From contig NC_058373.1 in assembly GCF_018350175.1 (NCBI RefSeq), positions 114,206,001 to 114,270,000 on the forward strand: a DNA stretch of 64,000 bases, written 5' to 3'. Position 1 is the stretch's first letter; every line of letters starts with the position of its first letter. Of this stretch, positions 49,107 through 60,785 are shown one piece after another. The notes under the pieces were generated by a model. It made no database searches and was not told the origin of the DNA. It was given only the letters and a program-made list of their open reading frames with translations. A program made the translations under genes and the position numbers. Origin of the DNA: Felis catus. Lineage: Eukaryota.

Positions 49107-50139
49107 CTGGAAGTCAAGGATGGTAAGGGAACTGCTTGCCAAGTTCTTTGCCAAGACAGAAATCTCTTTGCTGTCTTGTGACCACCTGGTAATGGTGCTA
49201 TGGAGGAAAGAGAAAGAGCCATAAATTCCTCAGATGCAGGTACGCAGGCAGAGCAGAGTAAGCTGATTCAGAGTCCTAGCACAAGTGATGAGATGTCCCT
49301 TTGATCCCGTCCACTCCCCCTAACTTGCTTTGTTAGGGCTATCCATCTAACCTTGCTGGACTTGAGCCCAGGAGCTTTGTTTGGAAGGCTGTAGAATCAC
49401 CTGGTGGTTTGAGACTGCCCTTCCCATTCATCTGGATAATTCAAGCATAATAACTCACTTCTAAGTCTGCAGTTGACTTCCCCCAGCCTCTGCCTGTCAC
49501 TCCTCATTACATACCAGGGGGAGGTGATCATTACTGGTATAAAGCAGGATGGAGGACTTTGCACATCCTATCCCCAAGTCACTCCCAGTCTACACTACTG
49601 GAGACACCGCTTCAATCTTCTCCCCCAACACAACAAAATGTGCTCAATAACTCCTTCCTTCCTCCCTTCCTTCCTCTCTTCCTTCCTTCCTCTCCCTCTT
49701 TGTATAAGAAACTCTAGTGCGCAGATTAGATTAATTATATTCTTCGGTTCATGACCCAGTCTCATCTTTGTACCATGCACACTCTAGCTCTATTTATTTT
49801 TAATAAATAAATAAACACCGTCCAGCCCACCACCCCAAACAAAAGTCAGAACCTTGACAATAACCAACGTTATCTTCCAAATCCCCAGTGACTGTAAACA
49901 GGAAAACGAAGCAGCCCGTCGCCCAGCATACACAAGACCAAAGACGCTAGTCCTTTAAAGAGCTTTCACTGGCGTCCAAAGAAGGCGTCTTTTGGAAATG
50001 CCTCGATTTTTACATGGCCCAAGTGTCCCATTCAATCCCGCTCATTTAAAATCTTTGTTCCCAATTGGTATATCATTTTATTTTAATGATCTGTGCTTCC
50101 TATAGAAACATGGAAAACGACTATTTCTTTTTTCAATTA

Positions 50140-50780
50140 AACTTGTAGCGGCCAGCAGATGAAAGACAGCGTCTCCGTCCCCTGCCCCGGGTAGCGGGCC
50201 GGCAAGGGGTTAACGCAGGCCGGCGAACCGGGGTGGAAAACTCTCGGTAACCCGAGCGCTGCCGCTCCGCCGCGCGCATGCGTCGAGCAGCCCTAGCGCT
50301 GCAGCCGCCGGCTCCCTGCTCGAGGCCGCCTCGGTGCACAAAGGCCTGCTTTGTTCCCTAGGCTCTGTTTTAAATATCTGACGACTGTTCTCCCCCCCCC
50401 CCACCGCCCCCCATTCCCTGCGCCAAATCCCTCGGCCTGGCTGCAGGAGCGGCACAAGGGCGCATTGTGGGGCCGAGCGAGGGGCGAAGGGGGCTGGGGG
50501 CGGCCGGCCCGTTGGGGACGCTCTTGTTTCGCCAAGTTGACTCAGCCATTCGGGTCACCGGAGCTGGGTCTTGGGGGCGGGTGCGGAGGATGGAGCGGGG
50601 GGGGGGGGGGGGGGGGGGGAGCGGTCTCAGCAGTAAAAATCGGGAAATGGGGGCCCTGGGAGCGAACAGAGGCGTTTCCAAAGCTGAAGCTTCAGCGGAG
50701 CACCAGTCCCACTGGCCGCCAGCGGGGCTCGAACCTGTGAACTCAGAAGCTTGGTTTCAGAAAGTGCCGGTGCCTCAGAC
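50140..50780. promoter_or_regulatory. CpG island; candidate promoter/enhancer
   Basis: Dense CpG, GC-rich and repeat-free. NRF1-like GCGCATGCG at 50274-50282, inverted SOX pair ACAAAG-N5-CTTTGT at 50338-50354, AP-1 TGACTCA at 50538-50544, G23 run at 50597-50619. Confidence 0.75.
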
Positions 50781-52529
50781 ACTTTGAAAAGGGTGGCATT
50801 CCAGCGCAAACCAACCCGAACAAGAGGGAGGAGAGAGGGGTGTGGAGTCCTTCCTTCCCACAAGTTTGTGGCCCCAAGGGGCGCTGCAGAAAGGACATCA
50901 CCCCGGGGCTTTCTGCACCCGCAGATTTCTGGGTCCCAGGTTTTAGGAACGGGCCCTCGGGGAAATCACACCTTCCCTGGTTTGGCCCCTCCCTCTCAAG
51001 GGTAGGTAGGTGAGGACTGGGATGAGGTTCAAACAAAAGTAGACTTTCAGCTCAGCTGGCCAGAGAGCTGGCCCTGCAACCCCCCCCCCCCCCCACCGTG
51101 CCCTCCCTCCCCTTGTCCTGCTGGCTCCCCTGCAGACTACCAGGTAGTTTTCCTTCCCAGCTCAGGTGTTGTTTACCTGCACTGCAGAACAGGAGTTCCT
51201 GCACTGGGAAGGTTTGCAAAGTAAAAATCACAACACCCCCCCCCCAACCCCCTTTTCTATTTTCTTCTTTAAGGGTAAAGGGACACTGCCTTTCAGACGA
51301 GGGCTTGGAAACTTCAAGCAAAACACAGAACGTGGGCCTTAGCCACTCTGGAAAGTGTGCTTGGACTTCAGCTTAATCAAAAGGAGGTTTTCTTATTTGA
51401 ACTTGTGACCAAAGCCCCCATCCCCCTCAGAATCTTGAAGGGAGGTGGTGAGCCACCCTTCCATCCAGGGCACTTGAAAGAGGAGGAAATGGCTTGGGAG
51501 GATTTGATTCAGAAGCAAAGGATTTTGCAGTCTTGTTGTGGTTGTTCTAGGCCTGACTGGGAGCCCCCAGATCTGACCTCATGGTTTGTTATAAATCTCA
51601 GGGTTGACTTACATTGCTTTGGTCACGTTTCTAGCTGTGAAGACCATAAATATTTCCTGAGGTGTATTTTTTTAACTCCTGCTTTGATTCACATTTCACG
51701 TGTTGTCTCAATTCACCAATACTGTGAGTATTCCAGCTGAGAGCTCATATAGACCCCATCTTCTTGTTTTGCAGGTGAAGGAACCTGTCCAGAGCCACTC
51801 AGGAAGGCAGGGCTGAGGTGGGCCTGGAGGCCAGGTCTCCTGTGCCCACGACTGGAGTCTTTCCCTTCTAACAGAGCTCGTTGGGCATGGAATAAAGACG
51901 AAGTTTTCACCTACCGCTTCCTCACAAATCCTTCCCACATAAAGGATTCTGATCCAAGAGCGAGACACTTTGAGGAAAGGTTCTTGGTATTTCCACAGCT
52001 GAGGAGAGACGATGAATCTCTTCTCAGTATATCCCTCAGAACTGCTGAGTGTGCTGGGGCTACGCGAGCCGCAAGCTTAGGGACACGAGTCACGTCCGGC
52101 TGCCAGGGTTGCTAAGCGGCAGCGAAATCCTGGGTGTCTGTTTCCAGGCGCTCCTCTGTCTTCTTAGGAATGTCTTCAAGCAACACTAAGTGTCCTTTCA
52201 CCACTCTGTTGGCCGGTAAGCCCCCTATCTCTGGAGATGATAACAGCCCCCAGGCCCCCTGCCTGCAGATCGGCCTGCAGCCGAGTTGTTTGGGAAAGTG
52301 TTACCCAGAATTGACTTCCCTCTGTGATGAGTGTGCAGATTAGGAAAACAGGATGGTGGTCCCTAAACCCCCTTCCCTTCACGCACACACCTGCAGACTC
52401 AGAGACGTTGGAAGGTGTACTGGCGCAGGTCTGTGAGACAACACAACCCGCCTGGAGAAAAGCCGTCACCGACAGCCCCTTTGCATGGTAGCGCCTGGGC
52501 CTCTTGGCTGGAGGTGGCAGGATTTATAC

Positions 52530-53070
52530 TCCGCTGAGCTTCAGAGGGGGACCTTCACCTTGTACCTTTCACTTTGGCGCACGCTTTTTTATACGCTCTA
52601 CGTTGGTCTACGCCACCACCACCACCCCGACCCCTGGCTCCACCCGTGGGTTTTGAGCTCTCCCAGGTTGGCAGGTGAGCTGACATTTGAAGCCATGGCA
52701 TGGAAATGCTGCCTGGTGGCCCAGAGTTTGGTCTCAGCAGCATCCCCTTTTAGCTGTTCAGCAGTGTTTGCACAAGTATTTGAATATTGTATTGCATTTT
52801 GACCTTGTTATTTTATAAGAATGAGTGGAAAATGGAAAAATGAAGCGCCGATGCCGGCGATAAGGGCAGGTCTCGTAAACACAATTGAGACAAAGATGGA
52901 AATCATTAGGCGTGCCGAAAGTGGGGGAATATGTAGCCTCGATCAAATGCGCCCTGGATTCAAGCCAGTCGCCTGTGTGTTCAGTTGTGAAGGAAAAGAA
53001 TAAATTAGGGAGCATATATGAAATTCTGGTCCTAATATGGTCAAAGACCGTATTTAAAGGTGAGGTGTGA
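52530..53070 (+). mobile_element. Ancient Tigger/pogo DNA transposon fragment with decayed transposase N-terminus
   Basis: Joining frames gives MSGKWKN...TIETKMEIIRRAESG/EYVASIKCALDSSQSPVCSVVKEKNKL, a CENP-B/psq-type HTH. Outer boundaries approximate. Confidence 0.75.
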
Positions 53071-53639
53071 TTAGGGATTTGCCACGTTCCTTCCTTTCCA
53101 AAGCTGCATTGATTTCATGACGGTTTCTCAGAGCAAGGGTGAAGGTGATGCTGTGAGCCTAGAAATCAAGAAATCAAGAAAATAACAGTGATAATATTGT
53201 TCAGCCTCCTGGGAACAGAACCCTCCCTTATAACTTTCAAGTCCGCTCTTTGCCTCTCGCGTGTCAGACCAGCGGATTTTCAGGAAAGCGTTAGGTAAGA
53301 AAGGAGAGGGTGTCCCATAGACGCATATCCATGGGGGGTCACCCCAGCACCAAGGCCAAGGACAAGGCCTTTAATCAAGGTGCCGAAAGGGACGGAACTT
53401 AACTTGACAAGGCCCTCGGGCCAGGAGGTTTTCACAGTCCACGTGTGCCCAGCTGACAGAAAACCATGAGCGTCAAAGCAAAGAATGTGGGGCCTTGTCT
53501 CCTTTGGGCACCAGCTCCCTTCATAGCCACTGTTCCAGCTGTCTCTGGGGGTGGGGAGAGGGCACGCTTTCCCTCTCGGCCTCTGCATAGTCTGTGCCCT
53601 CTGTCTGGATTAGCTGTCCTTCCTCTCAGACTGCCTGGC

Positions 53640-53870
53640 CAGCTTCTGGCTCATTCTTGAAGACTCAGCTCCAGCTTCTGCGTCGCCAGGCTCACGCTTC
53701 CGTACCGCCACTGTGCGTTCTCTGGCCACCCTCTAGCCTTGCTCTTTCCATATCATGGAACCACCACTGGCTTGCCTGCAAGACCTTTGAGGGCAAGGAG
53801 GTTTCTTGTGTGTCTTCACGTCTTAGGCATGCATGCGTGGCGGCCCTCAGTGACTGCTAAGTGACTAAGG
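53640..53870 (+). mobile_element. L2 LINE 3' fragment
   Basis: CTTCTGGCTCATTCTTGAAGACTCAGCTC...CTTTGAGGGCAAGGAG. Confidence 0.6.
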
Positions 53871-55599
53871 GACGCAGGGAGTGGGAGACCCTCAGGAAGA
53901 ACTCTGCAGCACAAGACTGTCTCTCAGAGCTTGCGGGCGTGACCTAGCATGGCCATTTTGAACTTCTTAGACACACAAAAAGACCTTTATTCTCCAGGAG
54001 CCAAGCATTTGTCTCTAGAATCTTCTTCGTCTGCTCCCAAGGTGCCCTCATCTGGAGGCCTGCTTGCCCACATTAGTGTCTTCTGTCCTCGGCCTGCAGC
54101 GCCACCCTGCTCACCCCCCGGACCGTTCTCTACAAATACTTTTGCTAAGTAAATCCACCGACTTTTCCTTCAACCATGGGATTCTTGTTGAATTCTTACC
54201 ACTTTCCTCAGGCAAAAACAACCCAGAAGTGCTGTCTGATCCAAAGCATTTCCCAGGGAGGGCAGCCAAGTGAGTGCAAGAACCTCTCGGCCGTCTGGGA
54301 CTGTGATGTGATGTCTGAACAGCCTCTGTAGAAACACTCCAGCCTTTTCCAGGGATGCCATCCAGGCGGGGGACACTCCACGTCAGCCCCTCTCGGTCGT
54401 CTGGGGGTCCTGGGGGTAGATGCGGGAGCAATCAGGGGACTTAGCCTGATGGGGCCTTGACTGTCATCCCTGGGTCAGCTATGAACGAGAAGGGGCTCCG
54501 AGCTCCCGTTTGCACCCCTCCACCCGCCGACTTTTTCTCGGCCTAACACACCCTGCCGTGCTGCCCTTGGCTGTGACGATGCGAAGCCAGGATCTGAACA
54601 GCCTGAGGGGGCCCGGCTCAGAGAAGCCCACCACGGGCCCTCCTCCTACTCCCATCCAGCACGATGCCCCACAGGCCCCTTCCTGAGGGAGTCACCACCA
54701 CCGCCGCCAAACAGCTCTCAGCACCAGCGAGCTCCACTTACTCTCCGGGTCCTTTGGAGCTGCAGCTCTCTGGGGCGATGCCCAGAGTCCACTTGATAGA
54801 AAGCTGATTCTTTTCCCGTGGGGCAGACAGCTCTGATCGGAACACGTCCGTCAAGGGGTGCCTTGGCAGAGCGACAATGCCAGGCTCGGATGCATCTTTG
54901 CTGTGTGACTTCCCAAAATTCAGGCAGCAAAACATGCCTTCCCCCTGCGCACCCGTCCGCCCCACTAGCATTTGCATCCCCGACGATACATAAAAGGAGC
55001 CAGTAGCCGGCCCCCAAGGAGGACAAGGCTGTGATTCAAGGAGCCTCCAGTGACATCCCCACCGTGAGAGTGCAGCTGGGGCGGCTTATGAACAGTGCTG
55101 ACTCCCAGGGGGAAGTGGGCCCATTCCTCTAACCCACAAGCGTCTATTGTTCGCTTTCTTGTTTTTCTCCAAATGTTTAGATGTGCTCAGAGCACAGAAA
55201 AGCCCAAAACCAGGCCATCGGCCAGGGCCAGCCTGAAGCAGGAAAGCCTATGCCTGGAACCCTGTGGGACCCCTGCTGCCCGTGCTGTTCCCACCTCTCC
55301 CTAAGATGTAGGGGGTAGGAGGTGACAGGGTGACCTTTTCCCGGCCAGCGCTATTTGGACAACAGTGGGCTTGGGTGGCACCCCCAAGCAAGGTGTGACA
55401 ACCCAGGCTCACTTGGTGGCAGCCGGGCACTGCTGCCCAGGCTCATTGCGTTGGGGCCGTCCAAAATCTGGGCAGGAGGCTGTCCCCTGATGCTTGTCAC
55501 TGACCAAGGCTGATGGGGTCTGATGGGAATAATCATGTACTGGGCCCCTGTCTGCCTCAAGAACTTGGGCCCTAAGGTTCAGCCTCTCGCGTTTGACTC

Positions 55600-55775
55600 C
55601 TGGCTCCGGCTCTGAAGAGCCCCGCAACCTTGGGCAAGTGACTCAGCCTCTCTGAGCCAAGGTTTCCTTCTCAAAATGACACCTCCCTTGTAGAGCTGTT
55701 GTGAATTTCACAAGGTCATCAAGGGTAGGCACTGGCACAAAATGAGCCCTCAGTAAGTATTGGTTATTTTTTGTA
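55600..55775 (+). mobile_element. MIR SINE
   Basis: ACCTTGGGCAAGTGACTCAGCCTCTCTGAGCCAAGGTTTCC. Confidence 0.75.
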
Positions 55776-56972
55776 CTATTCTTATTCATCAGTGATCTCT
55801 ATCACACCATTCTGAAGCCACCCTCTCTCCTTTGAGCACCCAGTCCGCACCTAAACCTTTGACAGTCTCCAGTTGTGGGTCTGAGAACAGCTGTGCAAGA
55901 CAGGCAGTGCCAGAGGAATGAAGGATGAAGTGCCTTGTGACATAGGGGAGGAGAGAACGTGCTCAAAAGCCCGTAGCCTCCCCCTCCTCCTCCTCTCAGC
56001 CCCAGATCCCTTTCTCTAGGGCTCATATTACCTGCCCTCCCCCACAGCTGGCGATTCTCTGCCCCACCATGTGGCCCTGAGTCCCAGCACCCCCCAGCGC
56101 TGCCAGGAAAGCCCCTCTCCCCTGTGTACCCAGCTCGGCTCCACCAATGGCCAGTGGGGGCGGCAGGAGGAACAGAGGTAGAACCTCTGGAAACTCTGTT
56201 AGACAAGGGGGTGAGGGATTCAGATCCCAAACACCAAGCTCGGCAGGCCTGAGTGCTAAGTGCACTTTAGAAAGGCTTTGTTGTGAAGGGGGTGGATGGA
56301 GCGTGGAGGGGCAGAGAAGCCAGGAAGGGCATAAGAGGGTCCTGAGTTCCAGTCCTCCTTCTCCAGACCGTCCACATCCCTGTTTGGAGCTCTGAGACTT
56401 CTGCCCCCTCAAAAAACACCACCGAGATGACCCCCTCCCTACACACCACTTTTGGATTCATTAATCCTTTCAAGAATAAGGCCCTGGGAGCCTCCTGACA
56501 GAGCCATATGGTTTCCTTATCTTCCTAATCTCCCAGCACTCACCTTCCATTTGGAATGTTTATCCCAAGATAAGGATCAGATTCCACTTAGGGTGATTGA
56601 ATGGGGGCCTCCTCCGGGTATTTTCCCCCACGTTTTTAAATGAATGGGTGACCCAATCCAATAATAAACGCTCCAGACCAGGTTCTGAGAATGGATGCGG
56701 CCCGTCCCACACTCTCAGCCACGTCTGGGCAACCCCAACCTCCGCCTACAAACATCCCCCTCTTCCTCCTGAGCAGCTCCAGGTTACCTGCTCTAGGCAA
56801 CGAGTTGTGTGTGTGATTCCCGTCGAAAAAGTGTTACTGCCATAAACGGTGTTCTAAAAAGCAGAGATCTGATACTAGACCAGCGCTTTTCAATACAAGG
56901 GTAATACAGGCCACAAAGGCGAGCCCATACGCAATTTTATATTTTGTCATAGCCACATTAAAAAGGTAAAAA

Positions 56973-57084
56973 TGGGGGCGCCTGGCTGGCTCAGTCAGTG
57001 GAGCATGCGACTCTTGATCTCGGTGTAAGTCTGAGCCCCACGGTGGGTGTAGAGATGACTTAACAATAAAATCCTTTAAAAAAA
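56973..57084 (+). mobile_element. Short old-type Can-SINE (no CT tract)
   Basis: GGGGGCGCCTGGCTGGCTCAGTCAGTGGAGCATGCGACTCTTGATCTC...GGGTGTAGAGATGACTT. TSD AAAAAGGTAAAA. Confidence 0.9.
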
Positions 57085-57241
57085 AAAAAGGTAAAAATAA
57101 ACAGGTGAAATTAATTTTAAACATACATTTCATTTGTAAGTATTATTACTTATACAATATTTAGCTAGTATTCTATAATGATACATTTTATTTAGCCCCA
57201 AAATATCTTTTCAACATGTAATCAATATAAAAATTATTTGT

Positions 57242-57534
57242 GGGGTGCTTGAGTGGCTCAGTCGGTTAAGCAGCCAACTTCACCTCAGGTCACGATCTCA
57301 CAGTATGTGAGTTTGAGCCCCGCGTTGGGCTCTGTGCTGGCAGCTCAGAGCCTGGAGCCTGTTTCCGATTCTGTGTCTCCCTCTCTCTCTGCCCCTCCCC
57401 TGCTTGCTCTCTGTCTCTCTCTGTCTCTCAAAAATAATAAACATTAAAAAAAAATTTTTAAATATATGTGTATACATATATACATACACGCACACACACA
57501 CGCACACACACACACACACACCGTGTATGTATAT
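57242..57534 (+). mobile_element. Felid Can-SINE with a TA/CA microsatellite in its tail
   Basis: GAGCCTGGAGCCTGTTTCCGATTCTGTGTCTCCC. TSD AAATTATTTGTG. Confidence 0.94.
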
Positions 57535-57550
57535 AAATTATTTGTGAAGT

Positions 57551-57772
57551 GGGCACCTGGGTTGCTCAGTCAGTTAAATGTCAGACTTCCGCTCAGGTCA
57601 TGATCTCGTGGTTTGTGGGTTCAAGCCCTGTGTTGGGCTCTGTGCTGACAGCTCAGAGCCTGGAGCCTGCTTCAGATCCTGTGTCTTCCTCTCTCTCTGG
57701 CCCTCTCCCCCTCACACTCTGTTTCTCTGTCTCTCAAAAATAAAAGTAAACGTTAAAAATAAATGTAAAAAA
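57551..57772 (+). mobile_element. Felid Can-SINE
   Basis: GGGCACCTGGGTTGCTCAG head. TSD TATTTGTGA(A/G)GT. Confidence 0.94.
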
Positions 57773-58759
57773 ACCTATTTGTGAGGTTTCTCATGATGGT
57801 TTTTTTTGTACTTAGTCTTTAAAGTCTGGTGTGTGCCTTACACGTGCGGCGTGCATCAGTTCAGACCAGCCACATCCCAGTTGTGTGTAGGCTACTGAGG
57901 CCGCGGCTGACGTATTCCATGGGGAGGCTCTAGCTAGACCATGCTAGGAAACCTGGGGCAAGGACAGTTGTTATGGGCAGCATGACTGTCACTAGTGAGC
58001 GGGCTGCCCAAAGAGCCTCTGTGAAAAGATGAGCCATCCATAACTTTGTTCCCAGTCTCAGTGGAGACCCAGACTTCATCTTCCTACCCCTCCCAGCCTT
58101 CCCCCTCCCAGGAAGGAAAACACACATATAGACGACAATTTTGCTAAAAACGTGATTGATGCTAATTGAACGTGAGTCATTTCACTTGCTAATAAAATCA
58201 TTTATTGAAGCCTCCGTTACCAGGTGCTTTTCCTACAGGCTGTTTCAAAATGAAGATGGTGCTGATTGGCTCTGCCGCCCTTTGAAGTGGGGGAGGCCTG
58301 GCAGGAGTAGACAGAGCCAGATTTGGGTCACCGATGTCAGTGGATGCTCCCTGATTCCAGGAAAGGGGAGACACGATTCGGAGGTTGGTGGGACGCTCAC
58401 TCGGGCAGAGCTCCCACTTGTCATTCAGACACCGTATTCAGATGACCGTGTGTGTTCTGGACAGGGCAACGCAAGAGGACTGGGCCTGTGTCTAGTGATT
58501 TGTGTGTGTGTGCTTGGCTCCTACTGACCACAGTGAGTCTTCAATGAGTCAATAACGTGGCAGGTCTCCTGCTGCAGCAGAGTTATGCCCAGTGCCTCCT
58601 CTGCGCTTACGATCAAGGTAAACATGATCCAAACAAAGAGAAGGATGGGAGGCGAGCCTCTGGCAAAGCAGAGGATGTTAGAGAGGCCAGCCCTGAGCCC
58701 CAAATGGAAGAAAAGTGGGGAGCAGGTCCCAGACCTCCTCGGGGAGACCCTTCCCAACC

Positions 58760-58940
58760 ACCCTGTGTCAGATTTGCTCTCTGGCCCCCCTCTGCTTTAG
58801 TTTTCTTCCCAGTACTTACAGTTCTTGACATGCTGCTCTATTTTTCTTTGCTGACTGCTGTCCTCAGTTTTGCTTCTTGCTTCACTCCAGTGCCTAGAAG
58901 AGTACCTGTCACTCTTAATGAACATTTGTTGACTGAATAC
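58760..58940 (+). mobile_element. L2 LINE 3' end
   Basis: CCAGTGCCTAGAAGAGTACCTGTCAC...CATTTGTTGACTGAAT. Confidence 0.65.
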
Positions 58941-60562
58941 ACAGGACGAGGAGCTTGTGCCAGGAAAACCGGGCTGGCCCGAGAGAGCCGTGATCTCAGG
59001 AATAGCAAGAGGCTGGGAACGAGCCTGTAGGAAAGGCAGCGAGAGAAATGGGGGTGGGGGCCGAGGGGGAAACGAAGAAGTGGAGAGAGGTGGCGGTCTG
59101 TGTGTGCGATCCCCCCAGTAATGGGAGACAGGGAAAAATTTGGAAAAGTGGAGGAATGTGATTGCAGCACAAAGGCAGCAAGATTATTTTGTCAGCAACA
59201 TTTGGATCCCATTGGTGATGAGAGACATGTGGGCCCGGCAAGGAGACAATTGTGGTAGTCAAGACAGGATGTGAATAAGACATAAAGAAGTGTTTCATCA
59301 GTGGGGATGGAAAAGAACCAGGGCTGCGGTAGCCAAGTCAAGGAGTGGGAAGGGTCGGCCCCAGTGTTCCCGTGTGCTGCCTCCCAGGCACCCTGAGCAT
59401 GCTACACACGTGTGCTCACACGCACCCAGGCTGCCCGCCAGGAGCATCCATTCGGAGGTCCCCCCTCACACATTCTAGCTAACTGCAAACCCCACTTTCT
59501 GCTTCAGTCTCTGGTCTTTGTCTTCTGTTCGCTTCTTCCTATGGCCACAAAGGCAGCAGCCCTGTGGGCAAGGAGAAGGGCAGGGCCGTGAAACTCTGGA
59601 GGAGGCAGTATCTCCTCCATTAACAAGGTTTCCTTCTGGCTAATTTGGGAGGGAAGAGGGCTTGAAGAAGGTCAAAAGATCCCCAGGAGAGAAAGGAGAG
59701 AAAAGCTCCAGCAAAAGAAGGCCTGGAAGAGGAGAGAAATCCTCCTTTGAACATGGCCGGGGAGGGCAACTGTTCCCTGACATCTACCACACGTCCACAC
59801 ATGTGTGGGCCACGTGAAGAGTCTGAATTTGAGACGGGGGCCCAGAGGAGGCGAACGGCTTCTCGTTAGGAGAGGGTAAGGACGTGCTTGGGGATCCAGC
59901 TGAAACAGGACTTTATTTTTAAAGAGCCTTAGATTGATGTCTCTGCTAGCCTAAATATAACTGAGCAGCCGACTTCTTCCTGGCCGGGCCAGGCCTCCGA
60001 GTGAGCTCCAAGACGCTGTGTTTAAAAAGAAAAAAAGAGAGCGTGGGGGGAATCCACAGATGCCAAAGGTCACACAGCTAGTCTGTGAGCGTGTTGGGAA
60101 GAGGAAGATGGATGAGCTGGCTGTGTACACTCTGCTACCCCCGCCTCACCCCCAAAGAAGAAAGATGGAGGCTTCTTGGAGGAGGGGGAGGGGCTCTGAC
60201 TGGCCAACCCGGCCTTGTGCTCAGGGAGCCCACAGTCCAGTGGGAGGGAGCACACAGGCCTGTAGAGCAGTGTAGCGACTGAGGGCCCCGGGTGACAAGC
60301 AGAGGGCAGTGGGCGTTCCTCATTCCATATGGCTGGACAGCCCATCTTGGAGAAAGAAGAATTCTAAATGAGGGATTTTGACAAAGATGGAGAGAAAACA
60401 TGAGAGTGGGCAGGATATATTTGGCAGCTCTGGGCATTCAGATTTCACAAGAATGTGAGAATGTGACAGGGAGCAAGTGGCCCGAGGTCTCTATGCCTCT
60501 TCTAGCAGTTCATTCTTGAGTCTGTAGATAAGGGGGAGCCATTGAAGAGTTGGGGGCAATGT

Positions 60563-60763
60563 GGGGGCACCTGGGTGGCTCAGTGGGGTAAACGCCCAAC
60601 TCTGCCTCAGGTCATGATCCCACAGTTCGTGGGTTCGAGCCCCACGTCAGGCTCTGTGCTCAGAGCCTGGAGCCTGCTTCAGATTCTGTATTTCTCTCTC
60701 TCTCCACCCCTCACCTGCTCAACTCTGTCTCTCAAAATAAATAAATGTTTAAAACAAAAAAAA
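60563..60763 (+). mobile_element. Felid Can-SINE
   Basis: GGGGGCACCTGGGTGGCTCAG head, GAGCCTGGAGCC, AAAT tail. Confidence 0.93.
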
Positions 60764-60785
60764 GTAGGCATGTTATCATGCCTAC

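Larger units (their letters stand above)
56881..57928. mobile_element. MER33-like hAT-Charlie element split by three Can-SINEs
   Basis: TAGCCACATTAAAAAGGTAAAA...AACAGGTGAAATTAATTTTAA...TTTCAACATGTAATCAATATAAAAATTA...TAGTCTTTAAAGTCTGGTGTG...CAGACCAGCCACAT. Confidence 0.75.

Noticed and set aside
50706..50890. CTCF-like motifs (GGCCGCCAGCGGGG; GCCCCAAGGGGCGC)
   Set aside because: Mismatches at core positions; cannot be supported without PWM scoring.
59795..59808. 14-bp palindrome CCACACATGTGTGG
   Set aside because: Short and made of CA/TG dinucleotides; expected by chance.
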